Positions 28,533 to 38,100 of a stretch of DNA of 64,000 nt are shown in pieces. The number at the start of each line of letters is the position of its first letter. The first letter of the stretch is position 1. The notes below the pieces were generated by a model. It saw only the letters and a program-made list of their open reading frames with translations, was not told the DNA's origin and did no database searches. A program made the translations under genes and the position numbers. Location: contig CAISGE010000043.1 of assembly GCA_903884815.1 (NCBI GenBank), positions 701 to 64,700 on the forward strand, read 5' to 3'. Origin of the DNA: Candidatus Omnitrophota bacterium (lineage in GTDB: Bacteria; Omnitrophota; Omnitrophia; Omnitrophales; Aquincolibacteriaceae).

Positions 28533-29648
28533 ATGCATCCCACATTCCCGCAAGAGACGTTCCTTCCTCCCCGGATCCTTTTTAAAAGGGGCGGACTTTC
28601 GGATCTCGCAGACGAAGTCGCGGAATTCTCCGGACCCGGCCTGATCGTTCACGGCGTGTCGCTGGCAAAAAATGGTTTTTTGGAAAAGATCGCCCAGGAT
28701 CTCAAACTCGCGGGACTTCGCGCGGAATTCTTCTGCAGATCGAAGGGGGAACCGACCCTAGCGGAGATCCGCGCGGTGATCACGCAAGGTCGCGCCGACA
28801 AGGTCCGATGGATCGCGGGGATCGGCGGCGGGAGCGTGCTGGACCTCGCCAAGGCCGCGGCCGGACTTTACAACGCGAAGCAAGATCCCACCTATTATCA
28901 GGAGGGCGGTACCCTCGAGGAACCCGGCATCCCTTTTATCGCGGTCCCGACCACCGCCGGCAGTGGTTCCGAAGCCTCGCTCAATGCCGTGATCATCAAT
29001 TCTGAGAAGAAAATAAAGCTCTCTATCCGCCACAGGGATTTCCTCGCGCGGAAGGTGATCCTCGACCCCGATCTCCTAAAGGGTCTTCCCTTCGCCGTCA
29101 TGGCTCATTCCGGTATGGATGCTTGGGTGCAGGCGTATGAATCCTTTATTTCGAAGAACTCCTCCTGGTTCAGCGAAAATTTCGCGCTCAAGGCCATTCA
29201 ACTTATCAGCCGGCATCTGGTGCCCGCGCTGAACGCCGGCAGAGACGAAGATCTCGAAGGCCTTTTGCTCGGCAGTTTTTTATCCGGAGTGGCCTTCTCA
29301 CATTCGCGACTCGGCGTGATCCACGGCATCGCCCATCCCCTTGGCATTCTGTATGACGTCCCGCACGGGCTGATCTGTTCGCTTTGCTTCATCCCTTCGA
29401 TCAAGCTCAACCTCGACGCCATGGGCAATCAGAAATACGCCATCATGAGCCAGGCGGTCGGAATGGATCTCCTCCAAAAAATCCATGAACTCCAAAAGAC
29501 CCTCAGGATCGTCTCCCCTTTCAAGGGGAAGCCTATTCTCGATAAAGAAAAGATCATTGCGGAGACCCTCAAATCCGGTTCCACCGCCGCAAACCCCAAG
29601 ACCATCACCCGCGCGGATGTCGAATATTTGCTTCGAGAGATTTTTTAA
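28533..29648 (+). CDS. Iron-containing alcohol dehydrogenase family protein
   Basis: GGGSVLD, PTTAGSGSE and HGIAHPLG motifs. Start placed at MHPTFP, after the repeat element. Confidence 0.8.
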   Translation: MHPTFPQETFLPPRILFKRGGLSDLADEVAEFSGPGLIVHGVSLAKNGFLEKIAQDLKLAGLRAEFFCRSKGEPTLAEIRAVITQGRADKVRWIAGIGGGSVLDLAKAAAGLYNAKQDPTYYQEGGTLEEPGIPFIAVPTTAGSGSEASLNAVIINSEKKIKLSIRHRDFLARKVILDPDLLKGLPFAVMAHSGMDAWVQAYESFISKNSSWFSENFALKAIQLISRHLVPALNAGRDEDLEGLLLGSFLSGVAFSHSRLGVIHGIAHPLGILYDVPHGLICSLCFIPSIKLNLDAMGNQKYAIMSQAVGMDLLQKIHELQKTLRIVSPFKGKPILDKEKIIAETLKSGSTAANPKTITRADVEYLLREIF

Positions 29649-29661
29649 AACATCTCTCGAA

Positions 29662-29690
29662 GAGGGAAACGGCTAACGGGAAACAGGGAA
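29662..29690. repeat. Heptad-periodic element, GGGAAC/AACGG-type
   Basis: GGGAAACGGCTAACGGGAAACAGGGAA. Confidence 0.5.
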
Positions 29691-29764
29691 TGCAGCGCTT
29701 TTACGCTACCCGTTCCACGTCCGCCGATCCCCTGGAAATAAAAGGCGGTCGCCTTTTTATTTTC

Positions 29765-30682
29765 ATGCTACGATGCCCCATGGATCAGAAACCTTCCTTA
29801 GGCTATTGGCTTCAATACATCCTCGTCCGCCTTTTAGCATTTCTTGCGACGGTGCTTCCCGTGGAAGCCTCGCATCAGGTCGCCTGCGCCTTCGGGACCC
29901 TGAGCTACTGGGTTCTCGGCAAACGTCGCAGAATCGCGCTTGAGAATATCGCCAACGCCCTGGGGGACTCCCTTCCGGATCGAAGAAAAAAAGAGATTGC
30001 GCGGGCCGCGTTCCAGAGCGCCGCTCTTTCCATGATGGAGCTTTTCACCGTCGAAAAGATCAAGAAAGAAGCCGCCACACGTTTTAAGCTTTACGGAAAT
30101 GAATTCCTCGAGGAAGCGTTTTCCAAAAATCAGGGCGTCGTGCTCGTGATCTCCCACCTGGGTTCCTGGGAATATCTCTCCTTCCTTCCCTTTTTCACCA
30201 AACGACCTTGGTCGGTGGTGGTGAAGAATATTAAGAATCCCTATCTCAACACGGCGATTGATGCCATGCGACGCGTCATGACCGTCAACCCGATCTCTAA
30301 AGATAGCTCCGTGCGGGCCCTCTTTCAGGAACTCCGGGCCGGCCACGGTGTTGCGATCCTGGTGGACCAATGGAGCGGCCCTGACGGGCTCTGGGTGGAT
30401 TTCTTTAACACCGGGACCTCCACCACATCGATCCCCGCGAGGCTTTCTGAAAAGACCGGCTGCGCGCTTGTCTCAGCCTACTGTCTGAGGACGACGCCGG
30501 GACATTATGAGATCCATATCGAGAAACCGATCGCCCATAACATGGAACAACCGGGCTGGGAGAATACGATCACGAAGGATCTTAATGAAGTCCTGGAGCG
30601 ACAGATCCGGACGCATCCCGAACAATGGCTGTGGGGCCATCGCCGGTGGAAAGACAAGCCCGATAATCTCCGGAATGTTTAA
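29765..30682 (+). CDS. LpxL/HtrB-family lipid A biosynthesis (lauroyl/myristoyl) acyltransferase
   Basis: The N-terminal TM segment (YWLQYILVRLLAFL) and acyltransferase-domain motifs fit the family. The in-frame ATG at 29690 is an alternative start, but it lies inside a repeat element and ahead of a small hairpin plus T-tract at 29737-29762. Confidence 0.65.
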   Translation: MLRCPMDQKPSLGYWLQYILVRLLAFLATVLPVEASHQVACAFGTLSYWVLGKRRRIALENIANALGDSLPDRRKKEIARAAFQSAALSMMELFTVEKIKKEAATRFKLYGNEFLEEAFSKNQGVVLVISHLGSWEYLSFLPFFTKRPWSVVVKNIKNPYLNTAIDAMRRVMTVNPISKDSSVRALFQELRAGHGVAILVDQWSGPDGLWVDFFNTGTSTTSIPARLSEKTGCALVSAYCLRTTPGHYEIHIEKPIAHNMEQPGWENTITKDLNEVLERQIRTHPEQWLWGHRRWKDKPDNLRNV

Positions 30683-30705
30683 CTAGCCCTGCGGGCTGGA
30701 TTTTG

Positions 30706-30767
30706 AGATTTGAAATTTTCCCGCCTTTGGGACGGGACCCCGCCGAAGGCGGTGGCAAATTTGGGAT
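30706..30767. repeat. Roughly 60-bp repeated element, copy 2
   Basis: GATTTGAAATTTTCCCGCCTTTGGGACGGGACCCCGCCGAAGGCGGTGGCAAATTTGGGAT. Confidence 0.65.
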
Positions 30768-30774
30768 AAAAACA

Positions 30775-31941
30775 ATGGACATTGAACTCAAGATCGAAAA
30801 ACTGGTGTTTGGCGGCGACGGGCTGGGATTCGTCGAGGGAAAGGCGTGCTTCGTCGAAGGAGCGCTTCCGGGCGAGAAGATCCATGCCCGTATCCTCAAC
30901 GACAAATCCAACTTCATGAAAGCCAAGCTTATCCACGTGCTTGAGGCCTCCCCGCTTCGCATGGTCCCGCCCTGCCCTTATGTGGAACGCTGCGGCGGAT
31001 GCCAGTACCAGCATCTTCCCTATGCCGAAGAACTGAAATGGAAAGAACTTCAGGTCCGCGAAAGTTTCAGGCAGGCGTTCAAGGGTGAAGAGATCTCGAT
31101 TCTTCCCATTCAACACGGCAGCCGGGATTACGGCTACCGGTCGAGCATCACGATCCACCGCACGACGGAAAAAAACCATAAACCCCAGCGCCTTGGTTTT
31201 GTCGGCCATGACAACTATTCCAAGGTTATGATCGATCACTGCATGCTGGCCGACGACCGGCTCCGGGAGATCTTCACGACAGAGCACAAGCTCAACCGGC
31301 GCGAAGAACGGCGCGGCTTCAAACTGGATGAAAAGGGGCGCATCTTCACTAACGATGAGGAAAAACTTTATCGCGTGGCGATCGGCGGTCAATCCCTTTG
31401 GGTCAGCTCCATGGGATTTTTCCAGAATAATATTGAGGTCACGGAACTCATCGCCAAAAAACTCGCGGAGTATGTCGCGGTTCTAAAGCCCGCCCGTTTT
31501 CTGGATCTTTATGCCGGCGTCGGGACATTCCCGCTCCTCGCGGCTCGTGACGTTCCGGAAGTCCATTGTTTTGAGGATAGTCCTTTCAGCGTCGGATGCC
31601 TGCGGCGCAATGTCCGGGACTTAGGGATCCCTCTGGCGGGCATTTTTGCCGGAAAAGTCGAGAAGACCTTTCCGCGTTTTATGGTCCAGCATCCCAAGCC
31701 CGGAACACTGGTTTTTATGGACCCGCCGCGCACGGGGATCGCTTCCTCGCTCGCGGATTTTCTGGCCAAGGAAGACGCCGGGGAGAATATCTTTTATCTT
31801 GCCTGCGACCTGCAGATCCTCCTGCGCGACCTGAGGCTCATTCTTTCCACCGGCCGCTACAAGGTCCGCGAAGTCACGCCCTTCGACATGTTCCCCCGCA
31901 CGAAGCATATCGAGGTGCTAACGCACCTCCGCCGAACGTAA
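30775..31941 (+). CDS. TRAM-domain 23S rRNA (uracil-5)-methyltransferase, RlmD/RumA-like
   Basis: N-terminal TRAM domain, CPYVERCGGCQ Fe-S cluster, and C-terminal SAM-MTase domain (FMDPPRTG). Confidence 0.75.
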   Translation: MDIELKIEKLVFGGDGLGFVEGKACFVEGALPGEKIHARILNDKSNFMKAKLIHVLEASPLRMVPPCPYVERCGGCQYQHLPYAEELKWKELQVRESFRQAFKGEEISILPIQHGSRDYGYRSSITIHRTTEKNHKPQRLGFVGHDNYSKVMIDHCMLADDRLREIFTTEHKLNRREERRGFKLDEKGRIFTNDEEKLYRVAIGGQSLWVSSMGFFQNNIEVTELIAKKLAEYVAVLKPARFLDLYAGVGTFPLLAARDVPEVHCFEDSPFSVGCLRRNVRDLGIPLAGIFAGKVEKTFPRFMVQHPKPGTLVFMDPPRTGIASSLADFLAKEDAGENIFYLACDLQILLRDLRLILSTGRYKVREVTPFDMFPRTKHIEVLTHLRRT

Positions 31942-31943
31942 AC

Positions 31944-31996
31944 TCGGGGAACGGGGAACGAATCGTTAGCCGTTCCCTGGGGATCGTTCCCCGTCG
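31944..31996. repeat. Heptad-periodic palindromic element, GGGAAC/AACGG-type, overlapping the 3' end of the HI0933-like gene
   Basis: CGGGGAACGGGGAACGAATCGTTAGCCGTTCCCTGGGGATCGTTCCCCGTCGG. Confidence 0.6.
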
Positions 31997-33186
31997 GAGC
32001 TTTTAGCTCCGGCTACCGCGCCGCTGGCCCAGGCCCAGGCAAGATTGTAGCCGCCCCGCCGTCCCTGAACATCGAGAATTTCCCCCGCGAAATAAAGACC
32101 TTTTTTAAGGCGGGATTCCAGCGTCTCCGGGTCCACATCTTCCAACCGTATCCCCCCCGCCGTGAACTCCGCTTCATTCCAACCGCGTGTCCCGATCACT
32201 TTAAATTCCTTATGCTTGAGCAGGCGGGCGATCGCCGCCGCATCGGAATCTTGCAAAGTCCCGCGAAGAAGTCCTGACATTTTATGAGGCAGCAGCCCTT
32301 CCACGAGATTCTCCCGGTGGATCCCTCTCTCCAATTTCCCGGACAGCTCTGCCACAAGCTCTTTCTCTTCCATGAACGGGACAAGGTCCACCGTCACCGT
32401 GACATTCGATATGTGATCGCGATTGACGGCAACCGAGATCTCATCGCTCACGTCGAGTACCGCCGTCCCGGAAAGTCCGTACTGTGTAAAAAGGAGTTCC
32501 CCCGTCGCTGTGCGGATCTCATTTCCCTGAATGCGACTCGTCACCGCGGCCCGGACCTTCTGCCCCTGAAGCGCATGACACCACGGATCTTTCACGATAA
32601 GAGCCACGGTGCTTGGCACCGGTTCCAGGATCTTGTGACCCAACGCCGCCGCGAGGGTGTAACCGTTGCCGTCGGCTCCGAGCGCGGGGTAGGATTTGCC
32701 GCCGGCACACAGGATCACTTTGCGTCCCGTCTCCGCTTCCCCGCTTCTTGCGCGAACTTCAAAACCATTCTTGGCAGGACGGACACTCTGGATCTCACAG
32801 CCAAGATCAAGCACCACCTTGAGCCGTTCCAGTTCCATCTCAAGGACTTTCAGCACCGACGCGGCCTGATTGGTCACCGGAAAGACGCGACCGGACTCAT
32901 CCGCGTAAACGGCAAGCCCGAGTTCTTTGAAAAATTGAAGCATAGCGTCTTTTCCAAACTGCTCTAGGACCGAACGAACCAAGGCTTGACCCGCGGGATT
33001 GTAAAAAGAGGCGTCGAGGGTTTCGTTCAAAAGGTTGCAGCGGCCGGCGCCGGTGACGAGGAGTTTCTTCCCGAGCTTCGGCATCTTTTCACAAAGGAGC
33101 ACAGACGCCCCCTGGCGCTTCGCGGTGATCGCCGCCATGATCCCGGCGGCACCTCCACCGATCACGATCACATCATACGGTGTCAT
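31966..33186 (-). CDS. HI0933-like (YhiN/aminoacetone oxidase family) NAD(P)/FAD-dependent oxidoreductase
   Basis: YDVIVIGGGAAGIMAA Rossmann motif. 406 aa. The C-terminal tail is encoded by the repeat element. Confidence 0.8.
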   Translation of the reverse strand: MTPYDVIVIGGGAAGIMAAITAKRQGASVLLCEKMPKLGKKLLVTGAGRCNLLNETLDASFYNPAGQALVRSVLEQFGKDAMLQFFKELGLAVYADESGRVFPVTNQAASVLKVLEMELERLKVVLDLGCEIQSVRPAKNGFEVRARSGEAETGRKVILCAGGKSYPALGADGNGYTLAAALGHKILEPVPSTVALIVKDPWCHALQGQKVRAAVTSRIQGNEIRTATGELLFTQYGLSGTAVLDVSDEISVAVNRDHISNVTVTVDLVPFMEEKELVAELSGKLERGIHRENLVEGLLPHKMSGLLRGTLQDSDAAAIARLLKHKEFKVIGTRGWNEAEFTAGGIRLEDVDPETLESRLKKGLYFAGEILDVQGRRGGYNLAWAWASGAVAGAKSSDGERSPGNG

Positions 33187-35059
33187 AGTCGCCTCCCGAG
33201 CGCAACGGTCTACGGTTAACGGTCAACGCGCCGCCTTTCCGTTGCCCGTTGTAAGTTATCCGTTGTCCGAATCTTTTCGGCTGTATCATGAGTCTCTGCG
33301 CCTCACGTTCTTTATAAGTTTTCGCGACGGGGACGGCTTCTCCCGTCAGCGGATTTTTCCCTGTGTAATACATGCAGGTTGAAACCGTCATCGGAAGCGG
33401 CATAAAATCCTGAACCTGCTCGGGATGCATGCCGTGCGCCTCCAGATACGCGGCAAGCTCGCGAGCATCGGCGTCGGTCGAACCCGGATGCGCGCTCACA
33501 AAATAATTCACGAGATACTGTTCCTTCCCGGCCTTGCGTGTCATCGTCTTGAAACGCTCCGCGAAGCGCTCGTAAACCTTGAACGGCGGTTTATTCATTT
33601 GCTTGAGCGTGGCATCCGAGGCATGTTCCGGCGCGACCTTGAGCTGCCCGCTCACATGGCTGCGGCAAAGGGCCTCGAGATAAGCATCCGATTCCTTTTC
33701 CACGAGCAGGTCATACCGGAGGCCGCTTTGGATAAACAGATGCTTCACCTTCGGGATGGCCATCACTTCTTTCCAAAGCTCCATGGATTTCTCATACCCC
33801 AGCTTCAAGCTGGGACATTTCTTCGGCATCATGCATTGCTTCGTCTTACAGGCGCCGGAGTTTTCCCACATTTCGCAGGTCGCGCCGTAGAGATTGGCGG
33901 TCGGACCGCCAATGTCGGTAATCGTCCCCTTGAAATCCTTGAGCGCCGCGAGTGTCCGCACTTCCTTCAGGATTGACTCCTTGCTTCGGCTCTGGATCAT
34001 CCGACCCTGATGCGCGTAAAGCGAGCAGAAGTTGCATTCCGCCGAGCAGCCGCGATGCGATGTGATGGAAAAGCGAACGGTTTCAAATCCGGGAACACCT
34101 CCGAGCTTAGCATAGACCGGATGCCAGGCGCGCGCGAAAGGAAGGTCATAATAATGATCGAGCTCGGGAGCCGTCAGCGGGAAAGCCGGGGGCTGCTGGA
34201 TCACATAGCGGTTGCCGTGCTTCTGGACCACGGGCTTTCCACGGATGGGGTCCGCCTCGCCGTACATAAGCCGGAAGGCCTCGTTGAATTTCTCCTTGTC
34301 GGCAGCAACTTCTTCATACGACGGGATCTGAACAGCCCCCTCGCAGCCTTCCGTGTTGCGGCGTATGACTGCCGTGCCGCGGATATTGTCGAAAAGCTGA
34401 CCGATCCCTTTTTTGTCATCCCCGAATGTTTTTATCGGGGATCCAGGTTCTGGATTCCCGCCTAAAGCCTGCGGGAATGACAGCAAAGAGCTAACAGCGG
34501 CGAGGCGCCTCGCGATCTCGAGGATCTGGGTTTCCCCCATGCCATACACAAGAATGTCGGCTTTCGCGTCCACGAGCATGGAGCGGCGGACGCTTTCTTC
34601 CCAATAATCAAAATGCGCGAGACGCCGAAGGCTCGCCTCGGGGCCTCCGAGCACCACCGGCACGCCGGGGAAAAGTCCTTTGATCTTGCTGGAATAAACA
34701 ATGGAAGCGCGGTTGGGGCGAAGACCGGAGTGACCGGCGGGCGCGAAACTGTCCACGCGGCGGGGCTTTTTGCTCGCGGTATAATTGCTGACCATGGAAT
34801 CGAGATTCCCGGCTGAGATCCCGAAAAAAAGACGGGGCCTCCCGAGTGCGAGAAAATCGTCGTTCTTGCGCCAGTCCGGCTGAGCAATGATCCCGACCTT
34901 GTAGCTGGCATCCTCAAGCACACGGCCGATCATCGCCGCGCCATAGGAGGGATGGTCCACATAGGCGTCGCCGGTGATGAGAATGATGTCACACTCACTC
35001 CACCCGCGCTCTGCCATGTCTTGCTTGGATATAGGAAGAAATCTCTTTCGATCACTCAT
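33173..35059 (-). CDS. ygiQ: YgiQ-family radical SAM protein (UPF0313)
   Basis: N-terminal DIILITGDAYVDHPSYG signature. Radical-SAM core. The C-terminal 25 aa are encoded by a repeat element. Confidence 0.85.
   Translation of the reverse strand: MSDRKRFLPISKQDMAERGWSECDIILITGDAYVDHPSYGAAMIGRVLEDASYKVGIIAQPDWRKNDDFLALGRPRLFFGISAGNLDSMVSNYTASKKPRRVDSFAPAGHSGLRPNRASIVYSSKIKGLFPGVPVVLGGPEASLRRLAHFDYWEESVRRSMLVDAKADILVYGMGETQILEIARRLAAVSSLLSFPQALGGNPEPGSPIKTFGDDKKGIGQLFDNIRGTAVIRRNTEGCEGAVQIPSYEEVAADKEKFNEAFRLMYGEADPIRGKPVVQKHGNRYVIQQPPAFPLTAPELDHYYDLPFARAWHPVYAKLGGVPGFETVRFSITSHRGCSAECNFCSLYAHQGRMIQSRSKESILKEVRTLAALKDFKGTITDIGGPTANLYGATCEMWENSGACKTKQCMMPKKCPSLKLGYEKSMELWKEVMAIPKVKHLFIQSGLRYDLLVEKESDAYLEALCRSHVSGQLKVAPEHASDATLKQMNKPPFKVYERFAERFKTMTRKAGKEQYLVNYFVSAHPGSTDADARELAAYLEAHGMHPEQVQDFMPLPMTVSTCMYYTGKNPLTGEAVPVAKTYKEREAQRLMIQPKRFGQRITYNGQRKGGALTVNRRPLRSGGDYDTV
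33199..33268. repeat. Heptad-periodic palindromic element, AACGG-type (CAACGGT CTACGGT TAACGGT CAACGCG ... CCGTTGC CCGTTGT ... CCGTTGT), in-frame in the ygiQ 3' end
   Basis: Read directly. Confidence 0.6.
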
Positions 35060-35081
35060 AGCTTAGAATTATACCTCAAAA

Positions 35082-35195
35082 CGTAAGGCGTACGGTGTAC
35101 GGAGTAATGAGTTGAGTACGGGGTACGGGGTACGGCGCAAACACCTCTCCAACAAGAACGCTAGTCCCCGTACGCGTTACTCCTTACTCCGTCCT
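35082..35195. repeat. Heptad-periodic palindromic element, GTACGG-type, immediately downstream of the giant-gene stop
   Basis: CGTAAGGCGTACGGTGTACGG ... GTACGGGGTACGGGGTACGGCG ... CCCCGTACGCGTTACTCCTTACTCCG. Confidence 0.6.
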
Positions 35196-35198
35196 GTG

Positions 35199-38100
35199 TT
35201 ACGCGGCGGAGGCGAGGGAGCGGGCGGCTTCGGCGAATTTCTGGAGATTCTCCGCAAGCTTGAAGATGACGCTCAGGGACTGGACCCCGTGAAGCCTGTT
35301 TTGCTCTTCGGGCTTTTGTTCAAGCAGTGTGTTGATCGCGGCGATCAAGCCGTAAGACTTCTGGGTGAGCGTCATGCCTTTATCGCTGAAAACAAAGAGC
35401 ATCCGTTTCCCTTGATTGGATATGGACACAGCAGGCTCAAGCACCCGGAGCGCCTCCCCGTTATCTTCACGGAGATCATACACCAGCGCGTTTTCGGAAT
35501 TCTGTTTCGCGAAACCCGTGATCGCGGTTTCCTCCGAAACAACCTTCACATCCACACCGCCCTGGATACCGCGCGTCTCTTGGACCTTTCTAATGAGAGC
35601 GCCATGGAACTGTTCCAGATCCGCCGGCAAAGCGCCCGGCACCACGACCTGGAACTGGAGTTTGCTCTTGGCCATGACCTCAACGAGTCTCTTGAGCACC
35701 GAATCCTCCTTCTGAGGAATAGCACCAAAGATGACCGACACCTGCTGCCGTCCCGATTCCAGCTTCGTCGGATCCGTCAAAAGCTTCTCCACGCTGACCC
35801 TCTTTTCCGAACGCGTCATCGCGTGAGCGCTTGGCATGAGCTGATCCATCGTCTTCATGAACATCTCACGCCCGATTTCAAGCACGCGCGGCGCGGCGAA
35901 AACATCCTTCGCCGCCTCATGCGCCACCCAAATCTCTGCATCGGAAAGACGATGCTCAGACCTCCTCTCCTCCCTAGAGACCGGGTTCCCGGTGGATGGC
36001 GTGGAACGACCTTCGGCGGGAGGGTGGCCGAACACCTTCACGGTGAGCCAGAGCGCGGCTTGGCTTTGATATTCGAGGGCTTTTCCTTTCTGTGGATCCA
36101 AGGCGTCTTTGAAAATATTGCTGTTAAGAAAAATCCTCTCGTAGAAATCATCCGCATCCGTGAATGGCCGCATCGCTTCGATCGGTGCGATCTCTTCAGC
36201 CATCAGTTCAAAAGAAGCGTAGCCGCCTTTATCGAACCAGATTTCGTTTGTCATCCCTCTCAAGATATTCTGCCATTTGCTGACCGCCGCCGCCAAAGCT
36301 TGGCGCCTAGAAGACTCGTCCTGTTTCGTCGCGGCGCCATCAGGAGAAGCCGGCTTTTTCACCAATTCCCCGACAAATCGCCATCCCAGTATCGTTTCGC
36401 CACTATAGGCAACATCCGGCTCTGGGATCTTGAACCCCAACGATCGCGCTGTGGCCGCAAGCCGCGATACATATTCGGGGGTCAACTTCTCCGAGACGGC
36501 AACGCGTTCCCGCAACATTTCTTCGTGGTTTTTAAAAACCATGGCTTGCAATAAAAGCAACCCTTTCAATCGATCAAGCGGAATCTCTCCATCCCCCCCT
36601 CTGGCAATAGTTATTAATGCCTGAATAGCATTCAAAAGTTGCTTGAAGAATTCCAGCGTTACATTATCCTCCGTGCCGACAAACTTCCTCACGTCGGTGA
36701 TTGCGGACTGGATCTTTCCCTCCACGACCTCAAGCCGCTGAATGATCTGTGGGCGCGTGGGAACCGGGTCCCAATCCGCGATCCGGCCCAGGCCCGCTTC
36801 ATCGAGCGGCCCTAACATTTCCAACTCGTATTTTGTCGCCTGGGTGATCGCGCTACCGGGATGATGCATGAAAAAGCAGAAGCGCCCGCCTTCCTTTAAG
36901 ATGATCGCGGCCTGCCGCAGAACGGCCGGAACATCGCCGTATTCCACCCCGTATTGGCTCATCACCAGATCTGCTGCATCCTTCGGGACCCCCGGGGCCT
37001 CGGACGCTCGCTCCATAGCGGCCTGAACGAACGTCACACCCTTGGGCTTGCTTCCGGGCGTGTTCCGGAAAGGATCCACATAATCCACCGCATGGACCTG
37101 CGCACCGGGCGTAATCGCAAGAACACCGGCTTCGGCCTTTCCGCGGCCCGAAGCCAGACCCACGACCTTGGCGTCGGAAGGCAGCTTGCGGAACAAGGGC
37201 TCCCACACCGACTTCATCAAAGCTCGTTCAAGTTCCGGCCAAACAGGGCTATGCTCCCCGCTTGGCATGACGTCATAAAGAGATTGCCAATCACGCTGAG
37301 GGTCATAAGATTTTGCCGGGACCGCCTGAGGAGGCGCAGCTTTCCGGATCAGGCGGCCCCTGAAATACAGCCCCATCACACTGCCATTCATTTTAGCCCC
37401 GCTCACGTCCTTTTCCGTAATTTGGAACCCCAAATCCCGAGCCGTAAGGACGAGCTCCCGGAGATATTCCGGGTCCATTTTTTCGGCGACCCTGACCCTC
37501 TCCTGCAAAAATCGTTCCTGGTCATCAAGAGTCGCCGGCAAGGCACCAAGAAGAAGCTTAAGATCTTCGTCCGGCCTATAATCCGGTCTACGAACGCCCG
37601 CCAGTAAAGCGTCGATGGCCCGCAGGTACTGATCGAAAAATCCGGCGGCATCATTGTCATTCCCGTCCCTGGTCCTTCTAACCGACTCCACAATGGGTTC
37701 GATCCTCTTCCGGAGGGTCTCAAGACGTTCGAGGATCTCCTCCCGGTCAGGGACCGGGGCCCAATCGGCGATCCGGGTGACGCCTGTTTCGCGGGCCTTC
37801 TTAATCGCTTCCAGATCTTCCCGCGCGGAGTTGATGATCGCGCTGTAGGGATGATGCATGAAAAAGCAAAATAGTCCGCCTTCTTTCAAGATGTCCGCGG
37901 TCTCACGGAGTACCTTTATTACATCGCCGTATTCCACGCCAAATAGGCTCATGACCAGGTCCGCGTCGTGCGGTATCCCCGCCGCTTTGGACGCCTGCTC
38001 CATATCGGCTTGAATGAACGTGACACCCTGGGGCTTGCTTTCCGGATCATCCCGGAATGGATCTATGAAATCCACCGCGTAAACCTGGGCCCCCTGGACG

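Noticed and set aside
29737-29762. Small hairpin AAAGGC-GGTC-GCCTTT plus a T-tract as a terminator for the ADH gene
   Set aside because: The stem is only 6 bp with 3 GC pairs. It was kept only as supporting evidence for the later start of the LpxL-like gene.
35112-36554. Plus-strand ORFs inside the giant gene. Examples are 35112..36554 (480 aa), 40713..41762 (349 aa), 44577..45569, 46131..47297 (388 aa), 54375..55298 and many shorter ones.
   Set aside because: They lie antisense to a gene with strong in-frame motif support. GC-rich coding DNA routinely yields long stop-free antisense frames. Their products are low-complexity and Arg/Pro-rich. They have no RBS context.
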